A stretch of 64,000 nt of DNA, taken from positions 576,001 to 640,000 of the forward strand of contig CAXXFF010000002.1 of NCBI GenBank assembly GCA_963676835.2. The letters are read 5' to 3'. Below, piece by piece: positions 53,008 to 63,092 of this stretch. Both the position numbers and the translations under genes were made by a program. The notes beneath the pieces were generated by a model. The model saw only the letters and a list, made by a program, of their open reading frames with translations, was not told where the DNA came from and did not search any database. This stretch comes from Marispirochaeta sp. (GTDB lineage Bacteria; Spirochaetota; Spirochaetia; JC444; Marispirochaetaceae). Position 1 is the stretch's first letter. Each line of letters opens with the position of its first letter.

Positions 53008-53523
53008 GTGAACACCGACGAAAAAGAACTTGAAATCCTTGAAAATATTTATCATTCCTCTTCATCTATCCGGCAACGGGATCTGGCGGAAGTGGTAGGT
53101 CTTTCCCTGGGAATGACCAATGCCATTCTTAAAAGGCTTACAAATAAGGGACTTCTCAAGATAAAAAAGGTCAACAACCGTAATATTCGCTATATTGTTT
53201 CACCGGAAGGTATTGAGGCAATCTCAAAAAAAAGCTACAAATTTTTCAGGCGCACGATTAAGAATGTAGTTTACTACAAAGAGTCTATTGAAAAGATGAT
53301 TTTACACAGCAAAGAACAGGGTTTTGAAGGGATATTTCTGAAAGGAAAGAGCGACCTTGATTTTATTATAGAACACAGCTGCAGAAAAACCGGAATCGAT
53401 TATATCCTCGATCCTGAAATATCAGCAAAAAAAATACGTATTCTTTATGGAGAAAAAGAAACCCCTTCTACTGTAGTTGAAGAAGGAGCCCTTTTTCTTC
53501 AGGATCTGTTTGTAAAAAGCTGA
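53008..53523 (+). CDS. MarR-like winged-helix regulator (EPS-locus-associated type)
   Basis: QRDLAEVVGLSLGMTNAILKRL..KG...Y.VSPEG; GTG at 53008 preferred over the track start. Confidence 0.82.
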   Translation: MNTDEKELEILENIYHSSSSIRQRDLAEVVGLSLGMTNAILKRLTNKGLLKIKKVNNRNIRYIVSPEGIEAISKKSYKFFRRTIKNVVYYKESIEKMILHSKEQGFEGIFLKGKSDLDFIIEHSCRKTGIDYILDPEISAKKIRILYGEKETPSTVVEEGALFLQDLFVKS

Positions 53524-53544
53524 AGTAGAGCTTAAGGAGTTTTT

Positions 53545-54432
53545 GTGTCCTTACCAGGAAAACAGCGGGCTAACAGGCCCAGTATCAGTTTTGAATTTTT
53601 TCCTCCAAAAACGGAGAAGGGTTTTGAAAACCTGAAAAGCCGCATAAGTAATGATTTTCTGCCCCTGAAGCCCTCGTATGTTTCCATAACCTATGGAGCC
53701 GGAGGATCAACCCGTGAGTTGACCAAAGAGGCAATTCTGGCGGTTAAAAAACAAACCGGCTTAACAGTGGTTTCCCACCTGACTTGTGTAGGTTCAACAA
53801 AGGCTGAGATTGCCACTATTCTTGATGAATATCAGAAATCCGGAGTGACCGACATCCTTGCCTTGAGAGGAGACCCGCCGAAAGATAGCAGCCCGGAAGC
53901 CGGGTTTCCCGGGGACTTTCCCTACGCGAAAGACCTGGTTGCCTTTATTAAACAGCATGCACCACAGATGAATGTCGGTGTCGCAGGCTTTCCTGAAGGA
54001 CATCCGGCAACACCCAACCGGCTTATGGAAATGGATTACCTGAAAGAAAAGGTTGATGCCGGCGCTGATTATATCTGCACCCAGCTCTTTTTTGACAATC
54101 ATGATTTTTATGATTTCCGTGCCCGCTGTATTCTTGCAGGCATTGAGATTCCCATAATTGCAGGAATTATGCCGGTGGTAAGCCGTGCAAACCTTCAGCG
54201 TATGGCGGAACTTTCTCCGGGAACCCGGTTTCCTGCGGGACTACTGAAAAGTGTCTACCGGGCCCGGAACGATGAGCAGGTTGAGCGGGTGGGGATCCAC
54301 TGGGCAACCCAGCAGGTTATGGATCTTCTGGCGAATGGAGTAGATGGGATTCACCTGTATACCTTGAATCAGTCTAAGGCTACCCGGGAGATCTATCGCT
54401 CCCTGGGAATTGAAGATACGGAACAGCTGTAA
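53545..54432 (+). CDS. metF: Methylenetetrahydrofolate reductase
   Basis: SFEFFPPK, TYGAGGS, HLTC, ALRGDPP, TQLFFD, HLYTLN. Confidence 0.96.
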   Translation: MSLPGKQRANRPSISFEFFPPKTEKGFENLKSRISNDFLPLKPSYVSITYGAGGSTRELTKEAILAVKKQTGLTVVSHLTCVGSTKAEIATILDEYQKSGVTDILALRGDPPKDSSPEAGFPGDFPYAKDLVAFIKQHAPQMNVGVAGFPEGHPATPNRLMEMDYLKEKVDAGADYICTQLFFDNHDFYDFRARCILAGIEIPIIAGIMPVVSRANLQRMAELSPGTRFPAGLLKSVYRARNDEQVERVGIHWATQQVMDLLANGVDGIHLYTLNQSKATREIYRSLGIEDTEQL

Positions 54433-54445
54433 AAAGGATGTAGTA

Positions 54446-55030
54446 ATGGCTCTCCCAAAAGCACACGAAAAGTTTAGTTACGCAGATTACCGCTCCTGGC
54501 CGGAAAGTGAGCGCTGGGAGCTTATTGATGGTGAAGCCTGGGCTATGAGCCCGACGCCAAGTAGTACACATCAGGGGATTGTTACGGAACTCGGAAGGCA
54601 GCTTGCCAATTTTCTTGAAGAATCCGGATGTCAGGTATTTGTAGCTCCCCTTGATGTGAAACTGTCGGATCCTGAAGAGGATGATGCGCCGACCATAGTT
54701 CAGCCGGATATTATTGTCTGCTGTGATGAGCAGAAAATCAGCGAACAAGGTATCCAGGGAGCTCCCGATTTTGTTATCGAGGTAGTATCTCCATCAAGCG
54801 GGGTAATGGATCGGAAAATCAAATTTTCTCTCTATGAGGATAATAACGTTGGAGAGTACTGGATTGTTGATCCTGAAGAGAGGGTCGTTGAGGTCTACCG
54901 CAGCACCGGGGAGGGTAAGCAGTCTTTTTTGCGGATTGGGGCCTTTTCCAGGGATGACCGGCCGGGAATAACAGCTCTTCCCGGTTTTGAGATGGACCTA
55001 TCCAGGGTTTTCAGAGAAAAAACAAGCTGA
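54446..55030 (+). CDS. Uma2 family (DUF820) endonuclease-like protein
   Basis: WELIDG..AMSP.P...HQ, VQPD, APDFVIEVVSPS, EYWIVDP. Confidence 0.9.
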   Translation: MALPKAHEKFSYADYRSWPESERWELIDGEAWAMSPTPSSTHQGIVTELGRQLANFLEESGCQVFVAPLDVKLSDPEEDDAPTIVQPDIIVCCDEQKISEQGIQGAPDFVIEVVSPSSGVMDRKIKFSLYEDNNVGEYWIVDPEERVVEVYRSTGEGKQSFLRIGAFSRDDRPGITALPGFEMDLSRVFREKTS

Positions 55031-55131
55031 TTTTTTAGGGTTTTAACAGAAACCTGATAATACCTAATGAAAACGTAAAAAACTAACAGTTTATAAATAC
55101 TTACTGAGTGTAGACATTAAAAGGATTTTGA

Positions 55132-56463
55132 ATGGCAGTTAATGTATGTGTTGTAGGAACAGGATATGTAGGGCTAATCGCAGCCCTTGGATTAGCGGAC
55201 TTCGGAAACACCGTTACTGGTGTTGATATAGATTCTGAAAAAGTAGATTCCCTTAATAAAGGTGTACCCACGATTTATGAACCGGGCTGTGAGGAATATC
55301 TGCGACGAAACCTTGATGCCGGCCGGCTCAAGTTTTCCGCGGATATTAACGGATCAATCGCAAGTGCGGATGTAATATTTATTGCCGTAGGTACTCCGCC
55401 GAAAGAGGATGGAAGTGCGGATCTTAAATATGTTGAAGCCGTAGCGAAGTCCGTAGCGGAAAACATGAAGGATTATACCGTTGTGGTAACAAAATCCACC
55501 GTTCCTGTGGGAACCAATCGCTGGATTGCAGAAAAGATTATCGAGTTTAACCCATCTGCTGTGGAAGGTGAAAATTTCGATGTGGTTTCCAACCCTGAAT
55601 TTTTGCGGGAAGGAAAAGCGGTGCAGGATTTTTTCCACCCCGACAGAATTGTAATTGGTACAGAATCGGCGAAAGCAAAGGAGCTGATGGAGGAACTCTA
55701 CAGGGCGCTGTTCCTTAACCAGACTCCATTTGTCTGGTGTTCTCTGGAGACAGCTGAACTTATCAAATATGCTTCAAACGCATTCCTTGCTGTGAAGATC
55801 ACCTTTATCAACCAGATGGCCAACCTGGCGGAAGCGGTTAACGGGGATATTCATAAAATAGCCAAAGCTATGGGTATGGATGGGCGTATAAGCCCAAAGT
55901 TTCTGCATCCAGGCCCCGGATACGGAGGAAGCTGCTTTCCCAAGGATACCAAGGCTATTGTCTCAACCGGAGAGAAATACGGTGTGAACATGAGCCTGAT
56001 TGCCGAGTCTGTTCGTGCGAATGAAGCGCAGAAGGACTATATGGTGAACAAGCTTGAATCCATGTTCAAGCAGGCGGGTACTCCCGGTTTAAAGGGAAAA
56101 ACCATTGCGGTACTTGGCCTTGCCTTCAAGGCGGAAACCGATGATATCCGTGAATCTCCTGCATTAAATGTTGTGGATAAGCTGTTGAAAGCCGGTGCAC
56201 AGGTACATGCCCATGATCCCAAGGCAATTGAAAACTTCTCTGAAGAATATGATGATGTACTGTATTGTGCCTCCGAGTTTGATGCAGTCAAAGGTGCTGA
56301 TGCCATGATCATCATGACTGAATGGAACCTGTATCGCAATATCGACATGGAAAGAGTGAAAAAACTGATGCAGGGGAATATAATTTTAGATACCCGCAAT
56401 GTCCTGGATATGGAACGGGTGAAAGAGAAAGGATTTCTGTACCAGGGTGTGGGACGGGCCTGA
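55132..56463 (+). CDS. ugd: UDP-glucose/GDP-mannose dehydrogenase family protein
   Basis: GTGYVG, SNPEFLREG, GYGGSCFPKD. Confidence 0.92.
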   Translation: MAVNVCVVGTGYVGLIAALGLADFGNTVTGVDIDSEKVDSLNKGVPTIYEPGCEEYLRRNLDAGRLKFSADINGSIASADVIFIAVGTPPKEDGSADLKYVEAVAKSVAENMKDYTVVVTKSTVPVGTNRWIAEKIIEFNPSAVEGENFDVVSNPEFLREGKAVQDFFHPDRIVIGTESAKAKELMEELYRALFLNQTPFVWCSLETAELIKYASNAFLAVKITFINQMANLAEAVNGDIHKIAKAMGMDGRISPKFLHPGPGYGGSCFPKDTKAIVSTGEKYGVNMSLIAESVRANEAQKDYMVNKLESMFKQAGTPGLKGKTIAVLGLAFKAETDDIRESPALNVVDKLLKAGAQVHAHDPKAIENFSEEYDDVLYCASEFDAVKGADAMIIMTEWNLYRNIDMERVKKLMQGNIILDTRNVLDMERVKEKGFLYQGVGRA

Positions 56464-56481
56464 CAAAGAAGGAAAGAGTAA

Positions 56482-57105
56482 TTGAAGATTCTACATTGTA
56501 CGTTTTTGTTTATTCTGCTGATAACGTCACCATTGCTTAATGCTTCCGAACTGCATGATCTGCTTGAGGGTGCCGGTTATCAGCGGTCCGGATTAAACCA
56601 GGTTGATCTTGATACTCTTACTGCCATGGTGGAATTCGCGGAGAAGAATGAGCTGACAATCTTTGAAACCCTGTATGATGCGGGAACCTATCTTAAGCAG
56701 GCAGATGTTAGAGTGTCTCTTGACGGAGAGGATCTGCGTACCCTTAACCTGCGCTTTGATCTGGGCGGCGACCGGGTAAATACTCTGCTTCCCTTTGATA
56801 AAATCATCAATATTGAGATCGGATCCTCCCAGGGGAAAACAAAACCGGAAATGGAGGTTTTTCTGTCGGAAAAGCACTCCGATTTCCTTGAAATAGGTGA
56901 TTTTTACCTTTCCAGACATTTCGGGTTTGAGACGCTGGAAGATGACTGGTTTAATGATGCATTCGGCGTTAAGGTAAAATACCTCTTTTTAAAGCTGGAT
57001 CTTACCGGCCTCGAACTCTACGACAAGAGCAAGATTGCAATCTATGCTTCAAGTTTTCCGAAACCCAAGCGCTGGCGGATAAAACCTATCCGTGAACTGA
57101 ATTAG
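56482..57105 (+). CDS. Hypothetical secreted protein
   Basis: Fills the gap in the operon; N-terminal signal-peptide-like segment; no recognised family. Confidence 0.6.
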   Translation: MKILHCTFLFILLITSPLLNASELHDLLEGAGYQRSGLNQVDLDTLTAMVEFAEKNELTIFETLYDAGTYLKQADVRVSLDGEDLRTLNLRFDLGGDRVNTLLPFDKIINIEIGSSQGKTKPEMEVFLSEKHSDFLEIGDFYLSRHFGFETLEDDWFNDAFGVKVKYLFLKLDLTGLELYDKSKIAIYASSFPKPKRWRIKPIRELN

Positions 57106-57140
57106 AAACAAAAGTATATAACTACAGGAGCAGATACTTC

Positions 57141-58007
57141 ATGAAAGGCATTATTTTATCCGGCGGAACGGCCTCCAGGCTGTTTCCGGCAACCAAGGCA
57201 ATTTCCAAACAGATTCTTCCGGTATATGACAAACCGATGATTTACTACCCGCTGTCGACTTTGATGCTTGCGGGTATAAATGAGATTCTGATTATTTCAA
57301 CACCGAGAGATATCGGGCCTTTTGAAGAACTTCTGGGCGACGGTTCGGAGATCGGTATGTCCTTTTCCTATGCGGTGCAGGAGAACCCCCGGGGATTGGC
57401 GGATGCTTTCATCGTAGGTGAAAAATTCATCGGCGGGGATAATGTCGCTATGATCCTGGGGGATAACATGTTCTACGGCCAGGGATTCTCCGCTATGCTG
57501 AAACGGGCTTCGGAACGGAATAATGGAGCAACCATATTCGGTTATCCGGTAAAAGACCCCAGAGCTTATGGTGTTGTTGATTTTGATGATAACGGGAATG
57601 TCCTTTCCATTGAAGAAAAGCCGGACAAACCGAAATCAAACTATGCGGTTCCGGGGCTCTATTTTTACGACAACTCTGTTGTAGATATCGCGAAGAACGT
57701 AAAACCCTCTGCCCGGGGAGAGATAGAAATTACCAGCGTGAATAATGAATACCTGGAGCGCGGGCAACTGAAAGTTGAACTATTCGGCCGCGGCTTTGCC
57801 TGGCTGGATACGGGAAATCCGACGGATCTGCTGGAGGCGGCAAACTTTATTGAGACTGTTCAGACCCGTCAGGGGTTCTATATCGCCTGTATCGAAGAGA
57901 TAGCCTACCGCAACGGCTGGATCAACAAAGAAAAGCTGCTGAAAAGGGCAGATACCCTAGGAAAAACTGACTATGCAGAATATCTGCGTTTTATCTCACA
58001 GGAGTAG
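57141..58007 (+). CDS. rfbA: Glucose-1-phosphate thymidylyltransferase
   Basis: [27 protein letters not shown]. Confidence 0.96.
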   Translation: MKGIILSGGTASRLFPATKAISKQILPVYDKPMIYYPLSTLMLAGINEILIISTPRDIGPFEELLGDGSEIGMSFSYAVQENPRGLADAFIVGEKFIGGDNVAMILGDNMFYGQGFSAMLKRASERNNGATIFGYPVKDPRAYGVVDFDDNGNVLSIEEKPDKPKSNYAVPGLYFYDNSVVDIAKNVKPSARGEIEITSVNNEYLERGQLKVELFGRGFAWLDTGNPTDLLEAANFIETVQTRQGFYIACIEEIAYRNGWINKEKLLKRADTLGKTDYAEYLRFISQE

Positions 58008-58009
58008 AG

Positions 58010-58549
58010 ATGCCTTTTACCTTTACCGAAGGGGAAATCCCGGGTCTTATAATTATTGAACCCCGTATTTTCCCTGATGATCGGGGATTCTTCATGGAAT
58101 CCCACAAGCAGTCAGACTTTGAGCGAGCCGGTATTGCCGGTCCTTTTGTTCAGGATAACCATTCCCGTTCATCAAGGGGAGTTCTTCGGGGTCTTCACTT
58201 TCAGACAGAACCCCATGCACAGGGTAAACTTGTGCGGGTAACCCGGGGAAAACTCTGGGATGTGGCAGTTGATATCAGAAAAGAATCAGCCACTTACGGC
58301 AGATGGCAGGGAGTTGAGCTCTCGGAAGAAAACCGGCGCATGTTCTATATTCCCCCCGGTTTTGCCCACGGCTTTGTCACCCTTGAGGACGGAACCGAAC
58401 TGCAGTACAAGTGTACCGCCGAGTACAATGCCCAGGCCGACGGAGGCATCCGCTGGGATGATCCTGATCTTGCCATAGCCTGGCCGATTACTGATGTTCT
58501 GGTTTCTCCCAAGGATGCGGAATTGTCCTATCTGAAGGACCTTGCATGA
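58010..58549 (+). CDS. rfbC: dTDP-4-dehydrorhamnose 3,5-epimerase
   Basis: DDRGFF.E, QDNHS.S.RGVLRGLHFQ, GFAHGF. Confidence 0.96.
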   Translation: MPFTFTEGEIPGLIIIEPRIFPDDRGFFMESHKQSDFERAGIAGPFVQDNHSRSSRGVLRGLHFQTEPHAQGKLVRVTRGKLWDVAVDIRKESATYGRWQGVELSEENRRMFYIPPGFAHGFVTLEDGTELQYKCTAEYNAQADGGIRWDDPDLAIAWPITDVLVSPKDAELSYLKDLA

Positions 58550-59427
58550 TCTGGCTTATCGGCAACAGGGGAATGCTAGGACAGGAACTTTCCAGAACAT
58601 TTACTAACGCGGGAATAGATTTTGTCGGCAGTGACCGGGAGGTCAGCATACTGGATCCGGAAGCTCTGAAACAGTTTTCAGATGCCAATAAGCCTGATTG
58701 GATAGTAAACTGTTCTGCCTATACCGCGGTAGACAAGGCGGAATCTGAAGAGGATTTGGCCTATGCCCTTAATAGGGACGGTATTGGCAATATCGGATGG
58801 CTTGCAGCAGAGCTTGATATACCGGTTATTCATATTTCCACCGATTATGTCTTTGACGGGACGTCAAAAATACCGTTAACCGAAGATACGCCGACCGGGC
58901 CGGTCAGTGTATACGGTAAAAGCAAGCTGGCAGGTGAAGAAGCTCTAAGGAGCGCTACTGACAAGTATTTCATTATCCGAACTGCGTGGCTTTATGGTCA
59001 GTTCGGGCCGAATTTTGTCTATACAATGATCAAACTGATGAATGGCCGGGATACAATAAAGGTGGTGAATGATCAGCATGGTTCACCCACATGGACAGGT
59101 GAGCTTTCTGCTCTTATCAATAAAATTATAAGCAATGACCGCACCGAATATGGCATCTACCATTTCTCCGGTAATGGCGAATGTTCCTGGTACGATTTTG
59201 CAGGTGAAATCTATCGTATAGGCCGGGAGAATGGTCTTATTGAATCTGATTGTGAGATAACACCCTGTACTTCAGATGAGTTTCCAACGCCTGCACAACG
59301 GCCTGAGTTTTCACTTTTATCCAAGGAAAAAGTAAAAAGCGTTTTTACCTTTACGCCGGAAGACTGGAAAGTAACCCTTGAAAATTTCATAAAAAACGTA
59401 AAAAGAAATGGAGTAGAAATTCTATGA
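58546..59427 (+). CDS. rfbD: dTDP-4-dehydrorhamnose reductase
   Basis: G..GMLG, AYTAVDKAE, ISTDYVFDG, YGKSK. Confidence 0.95.
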   Translation: MIWLIGNRGMLGQELSRTFTNAGIDFVGSDREVSILDPEALKQFSDANKPDWIVNCSAYTAVDKAESEEDLAYALNRDGIGNIGWLAAELDIPVIHISTDYVFDGTSKIPLTEDTPTGPVSVYGKSKLAGEEALRSATDKYFIIRTAWLYGQFGPNFVYTMIKLMNGRDTIKVVNDQHGSPTWTGELSALINKIISNDRTEYGIYHFSGNGECSWYDFAGEIYRIGRENGLIESDCEITPCTSDEFPTPAQRPEFSLLSKEKVKSVFTFTPEDWKVTLENFIKNVKRNGVEIL

Positions 59428-60491
59428 GATTATTACAGAATATACTGGTAACCGGTGGCGCCGGATTTATCGGCGTAAACTTTATACGTTATGTATTTGA
59501 AAAAACCGGTTTTACCGGGCGAATTGTCAATCTGGATGTACTCACCTATGCGGGAAATCCTGCAAGCCTAGAAGATATTGCTGAAAAATATGGTGATCGC
59601 TATGTTTTTATTCCCGGCGATATTCGCAGCAAGGGGACGGTGGAGAAAATCTTTGCCGAATATAACGTTGATTCGGTTATCCATTTTGCAGCAGAGAGCC
59701 ATGTCGACCGTTCCATTCTCGGACCGGAAGAGTTTATTACCACTAATATTATGGGTACCTTTACCCTGCTTGAGGCAGCCCGCAGCTTCTGGAAGGATCG
59801 GGATGATGTGCTTTTTCACCATATAAGCACCGATGAAGTGTTCGGTTCTCTGGGTGAAACAGGCTACTTCCGGGAGGATACTCCTTACGATCCCCGCAGC
59901 CCCTACTCCTCCAGTAAAGCAGGGAGCGATCATCTTGTGAATGCTTATTTTCATACCTACGGACTGCCGGTGACCATGTCCAATTGTTCCAATAACTACG
60001 GTCCCTACCAGTTTCCGGAAAAGTTGATTCCCATCATGATTATGAACATGCTGGAAGGAAAAGCACTGCCGGTGTATGGTGACGGAAAGAATATACGCGA
60101 CTGGCTTTTTGTCGAGGACCATGCCTCGGCAATCTGGGAAATTGTAACGAATGCTGAAGTTGGTTCAAGCTACAATGTGGGTGGTGAGAATGAGTGGGAG
60201 AATATCAAGCTTCTTCATGAGCTTATTAAAATCGTAGCAGATAAAACAGGTAAATCTGTAAATTCCATTACGGATACCATTACCTATGTGAAGGACCGTC
60301 CTGGTCATGACCGGCGGTATGCAATTGACTGCTCAAAAATCAAGAAAGATCTTGGCTGGAAGCAGTCGGTCACCTTTGATGAAGGCCTTGAGCAGACGGT
60401 GGACTGGTATCTTGGTAATCAGGAATGGATAGAGTCCATCCGCTCCGGTGAGTATAAAGAATGGGTGGAGAAGAATTACGGGAAGCGGTAG
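59424..60491 (+). CDS. rfbB: dTDP-glucose 4,6-dehydratase
   Basis: TGGAGFIG, HFAAESHVDRS, STDEV, YSSSK, DRPGHDRRY. Confidence 0.96.
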   Translation: MRLLQNILVTGGAGFIGVNFIRYVFEKTGFTGRIVNLDVLTYAGNPASLEDIAEKYGDRYVFIPGDIRSKGTVEKIFAEYNVDSVIHFAAESHVDRSILGPEEFITTNIMGTFTLLEAARSFWKDRDDVLFHHISTDEVFGSLGETGYFREDTPYDPRSPYSSSKAGSDHLVNAYFHTYGLPVTMSNCSNNYGPYQFPEKLIPIMIMNMLEGKALPVYGDGKNIRDWLFVEDHASAIWEIVTNAEVGSSYNVGGENEWENIKLLHELIKIVADKTGKSVNSITDTITYVKDRPGHDRRYAIDCSKIKKDLGWKQSVTFDEGLEQTVDWYLGNQEWIESIRSGEYKEWVEKNYGKR

Positions 60492-60502
60492 AGGAACATT
60501 TT

Positions 60503-62335
60503 TTGGATAAGAAACCAAAAGAAAAAGGTACTGTCGGAAAACTGTTAAGTCTCTTTTCAAAGAAGGAACGGAAGCAGTTTGTCCTCATGACAGTGGCGAT
60601 TCTGTTAATGGCATTTATGGAAGTCGGCGGTGTAGGTGCAATCGGACCGTTTATGTCCGTTGCCGCAGATCCTTCGGTAATTCAGACAAACCGTATTCTG
60701 CATTCGATCTATACATTTATCGGAATAGAAGATGTACGGTATTTTATTGCAATACTGGGTGTTGCGTTTTTCCTGATTATTCTCGGAACGAATGCTGTTA
60801 CTACGGTGGTTATGTTTTTCATGCACCGCTGGTCGAATATGCGCTCCTATACACTTGGGCGGCGTCTTATGTCTCAATATCTTTATCAGCCGTACAGCTA
60901 TTTTCTTGACCACAATACCAGTGAACTTTCCAAGAATATTCTCGCAGAAGTTCAGCAGGTGCTTACGCAGGCTATCCGCCCGGGTATGGAGCTTATTGCC
61001 CGGGGAATGGTCGCCGGAGCTATCCTTCTATTTCTGTTTATCTCTTCTCCTCTGGTGGCTCTCGTTGTTACAGTTGTGCTGGGCGGTTCCTATGCGCTGG
61101 TATTTGGTCTTTTGAGAAAGAAGCTGACAAGTATCGGTAAATATATCCGGAAATATAACCTGGAGCGGTTCAAGTATTCCGGTGAAGCTTTCGGGGCGAT
61201 TAAAGATGTAAAAATTCTGGGCAAAGAGCCGGTGTTTGAAGAGCAGTTTGCCTATTCTTCACGGCGTTTCGCCCGGCAGCAGGCAAACAGACAGATAGTT
61301 ACCAGCCTTCCCAGGTATATTATAGAAGCAATAGCAATTGGACTCGTAGTTTTGCTTATTGTTGTTTTTGCTGTCAGCGGTGCAAATATTGCGGAAGTCA
61401 TTCCGCTGATTTCGATATATGCTTTTGCCGGTTTCCGGCTGATGCCCGCATTAAGGATAATTTTTAAAAATGCAGGAGCTATTCGTACAGCCGGACCAAT
61501 TATTCATGCGCTTTACCAGGATATTTATAAAAATGCCGAGGAAGTAGAGGCATCAAGGAATGAGGCAGAAAGACTTTACAGTACAAGTGAACGTCTTGCT
61601 TTTAACAATGAAGTCATTCTGAAAAATATTCATTTTTCCTATCCAAGCTCTCCTGCACCTGTTTTAAATAATATTAGTATTTCTATTCAAAAAAACAGCA
61701 CCATTGCCTTTATCGGATCAACCGGATGCGGCAAGACAACCCTAGTGGATATCATTCTTGGGCTGCTGAAAAGTGAAGGGACCATTGAGGTTGACGGTGA
61801 TAAAATTGATTCCGGAAACATCAGGAACTGGCAGCTTAACTTCGGGTATGTGCCGCAGCAGATTTTTCTTGCGGATGATACTGTTTCAAGAAATATTGCC
61901 TTTGGTGTTAAGCCGGATGAGATCGATTTTGAGTCAGTAAAAAGAGCAGCAAAGATTGCACATTTGGATGATTTTATAATGAAACAGTTGCCGGAGGAGT
62001 ATGATACTCTTGTTGGCGAACGGGGTGTACGTTTAAGCGGAGGCCAGCGGCAGCGTATCGGTATTGCCCGCGCATTGTATCATGATCCGGATATTCTGGT
62101 TCTGGATGAAGCAACCAGTGCCCTTGATAATATGACAGAAGTCGCTGTAATGGATGCTATAAATGAACTTATGGGCGAGAAGACAATTATTATGATAGCC
62201 CACCGGTTGACAACTGTCGAGAATGCAGATGTTATATATATGCTTGAGAAAGGGCGGGTTATCGCATCCGGCAGTTATGACAAACTTATGCAGAACAGTC
62301 AGGAGTTCAGGGATCTGGCAAAGATTAACAGTTAA
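60503..62335 (+). CDS. ABC exporter with fused TM and ATPase domains, PglK/WlaB-like glycan flippase
   Basis: TM domain plus GSTGCGKT, LSGGQRQR, DEATSALD. Start uncertain (TTG at 60503 with GAGGAA, or 60461). Confidence 0.85.
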   Translation: MDKKPKEKGTVGKLLSLFSKKERKQFVLMTVAILLMAFMEVGGVGAIGPFMSVAADPSVIQTNRILHSIYTFIGIEDVRYFIAILGVAFFLIILGTNAVTTVVMFFMHRWSNMRSYTLGRRLMSQYLYQPYSYFLDHNTSELSKNILAEVQQVLTQAIRPGMELIARGMVAGAILLFLFISSPLVALVVTVVLGGSYALVFGLLRKKLTSIGKYIRKYNLERFKYSGEAFGAIKDVKILGKEPVFEEQFAYSSRRFARQQANRQIVTSLPRYIIEAIAIGLVVLLIVVFAVSGANIAEVIPLISIYAFAGFRLMPALRIIFKNAGAIRTAGPIIHALYQDIYKNAEEVEASRNEAERLYSTSERLAFNNEVILKNIHFSYPSSPAPVLNNISISIQKNSTIAFIGSTGCGKTTLVDIILGLLKSEGTIEVDGDKIDSGNIRNWQLNFGYVPQQIFLADDTVSRNIAFGVKPDEIDFESVKRAAKIAHLDDFIMKQLPEEYDTLVGERGVRLSGGQRQRIGIARALYHDPDILVLDEATSALDNMTEVAVMDAINELMGEKTIIMIAHRLTTVENADVIYMLEKGRVIASGSYDKLMQNSQEFRDLAKINS

Positions 62336-62352
62336 AACAGGATAATAGATAA

Positions 62353-63090
62353 GTGGCAAATCCTCAACGAATAAAAACGGTTGTAAAAGAGGTCATACCT
62401 TTTGGTGATGATGTCTATAAGGTAGATTTCCTTTCTGAAAAAAAATTCTCCAGATTTAAACCGGGACAGTTTTTACATTTAACTCTTGAGTCTTTTGATC
62501 CGGCAACGGGTTTTTGGCCGGAATCCAGAGTGTTTTCCATTGCAGGCTGTTCTGATGACAGAAAAGAAATTTCAATTGTGTACAGTGTAAAAGGTATCTA
62601 TACCCGCAAGATGAAGGAATTGCTTCATCCAGGTGTTGAGGTATGGCTTAAAGCTCCATATGGGGATTTTATCATTCCAAACTATATAAAACCGGGAGAA
62701 ACCGCAGTGTTAATCGCCGGCGGAACCGGTATATCACCGTTTATTCCTTTTTTAAAAACTGTTTCAAATGATGTAAACGTAAAACTGAATTATGGTTTGC
62801 GGAACATTGACCTGGTCATTTTTGATTATGATCTTAATGAGGCTCTGAAAAACAACAGATTCAACCTCGATCTCTATCTTGAAAGTAAATCCGATAACAT
62901 TCCGCTTGAAGGTAATTTTTCTGTCAAAAGCGGGAAGTTGGCGATTACTGAAATTCTTCAGAATGGCATAGATATAAGCAATTCAAAGTTCTTCATATCG
63001 GGTCCGCCTGCTATGATTGAGTTATTTAAAAAACAGTTGATTGATTCTTCCGTTCCGGAAGATAGAATTGTAATTGATGAATGGGGATAA
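62353..63090 (+). CDS. FAD/NAD(P)H ferredoxin-reductase-type oxidoreductase, probable RfbI/E3 partner
   Basis: [24 protein letters not shown]; immediately upstream of rfbH. Confidence 0.8.
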   Translation: MANPQRIKTVVKEVIPFGDDVYKVDFLSEKKFSRFKPGQFLHLTLESFDPATGFWPESRVFSIAGCSDDRKEISIVYSVKGIYTRKMKELLHPGVEVWLKAPYGDFIIPNYIKPGETAVLIAGGTGISPFIPFLKTVSNDVNVKLNYGLRNIDLVIFDYDLNEALKNNRFNLDLYLESKSDNIPLEGNFSVKSGKLAITEILQNGIDISNSKFFISGPPAMIELFKKQLIDSSVPEDRIVIDEWG

Positions 63091-63092
63091 GA

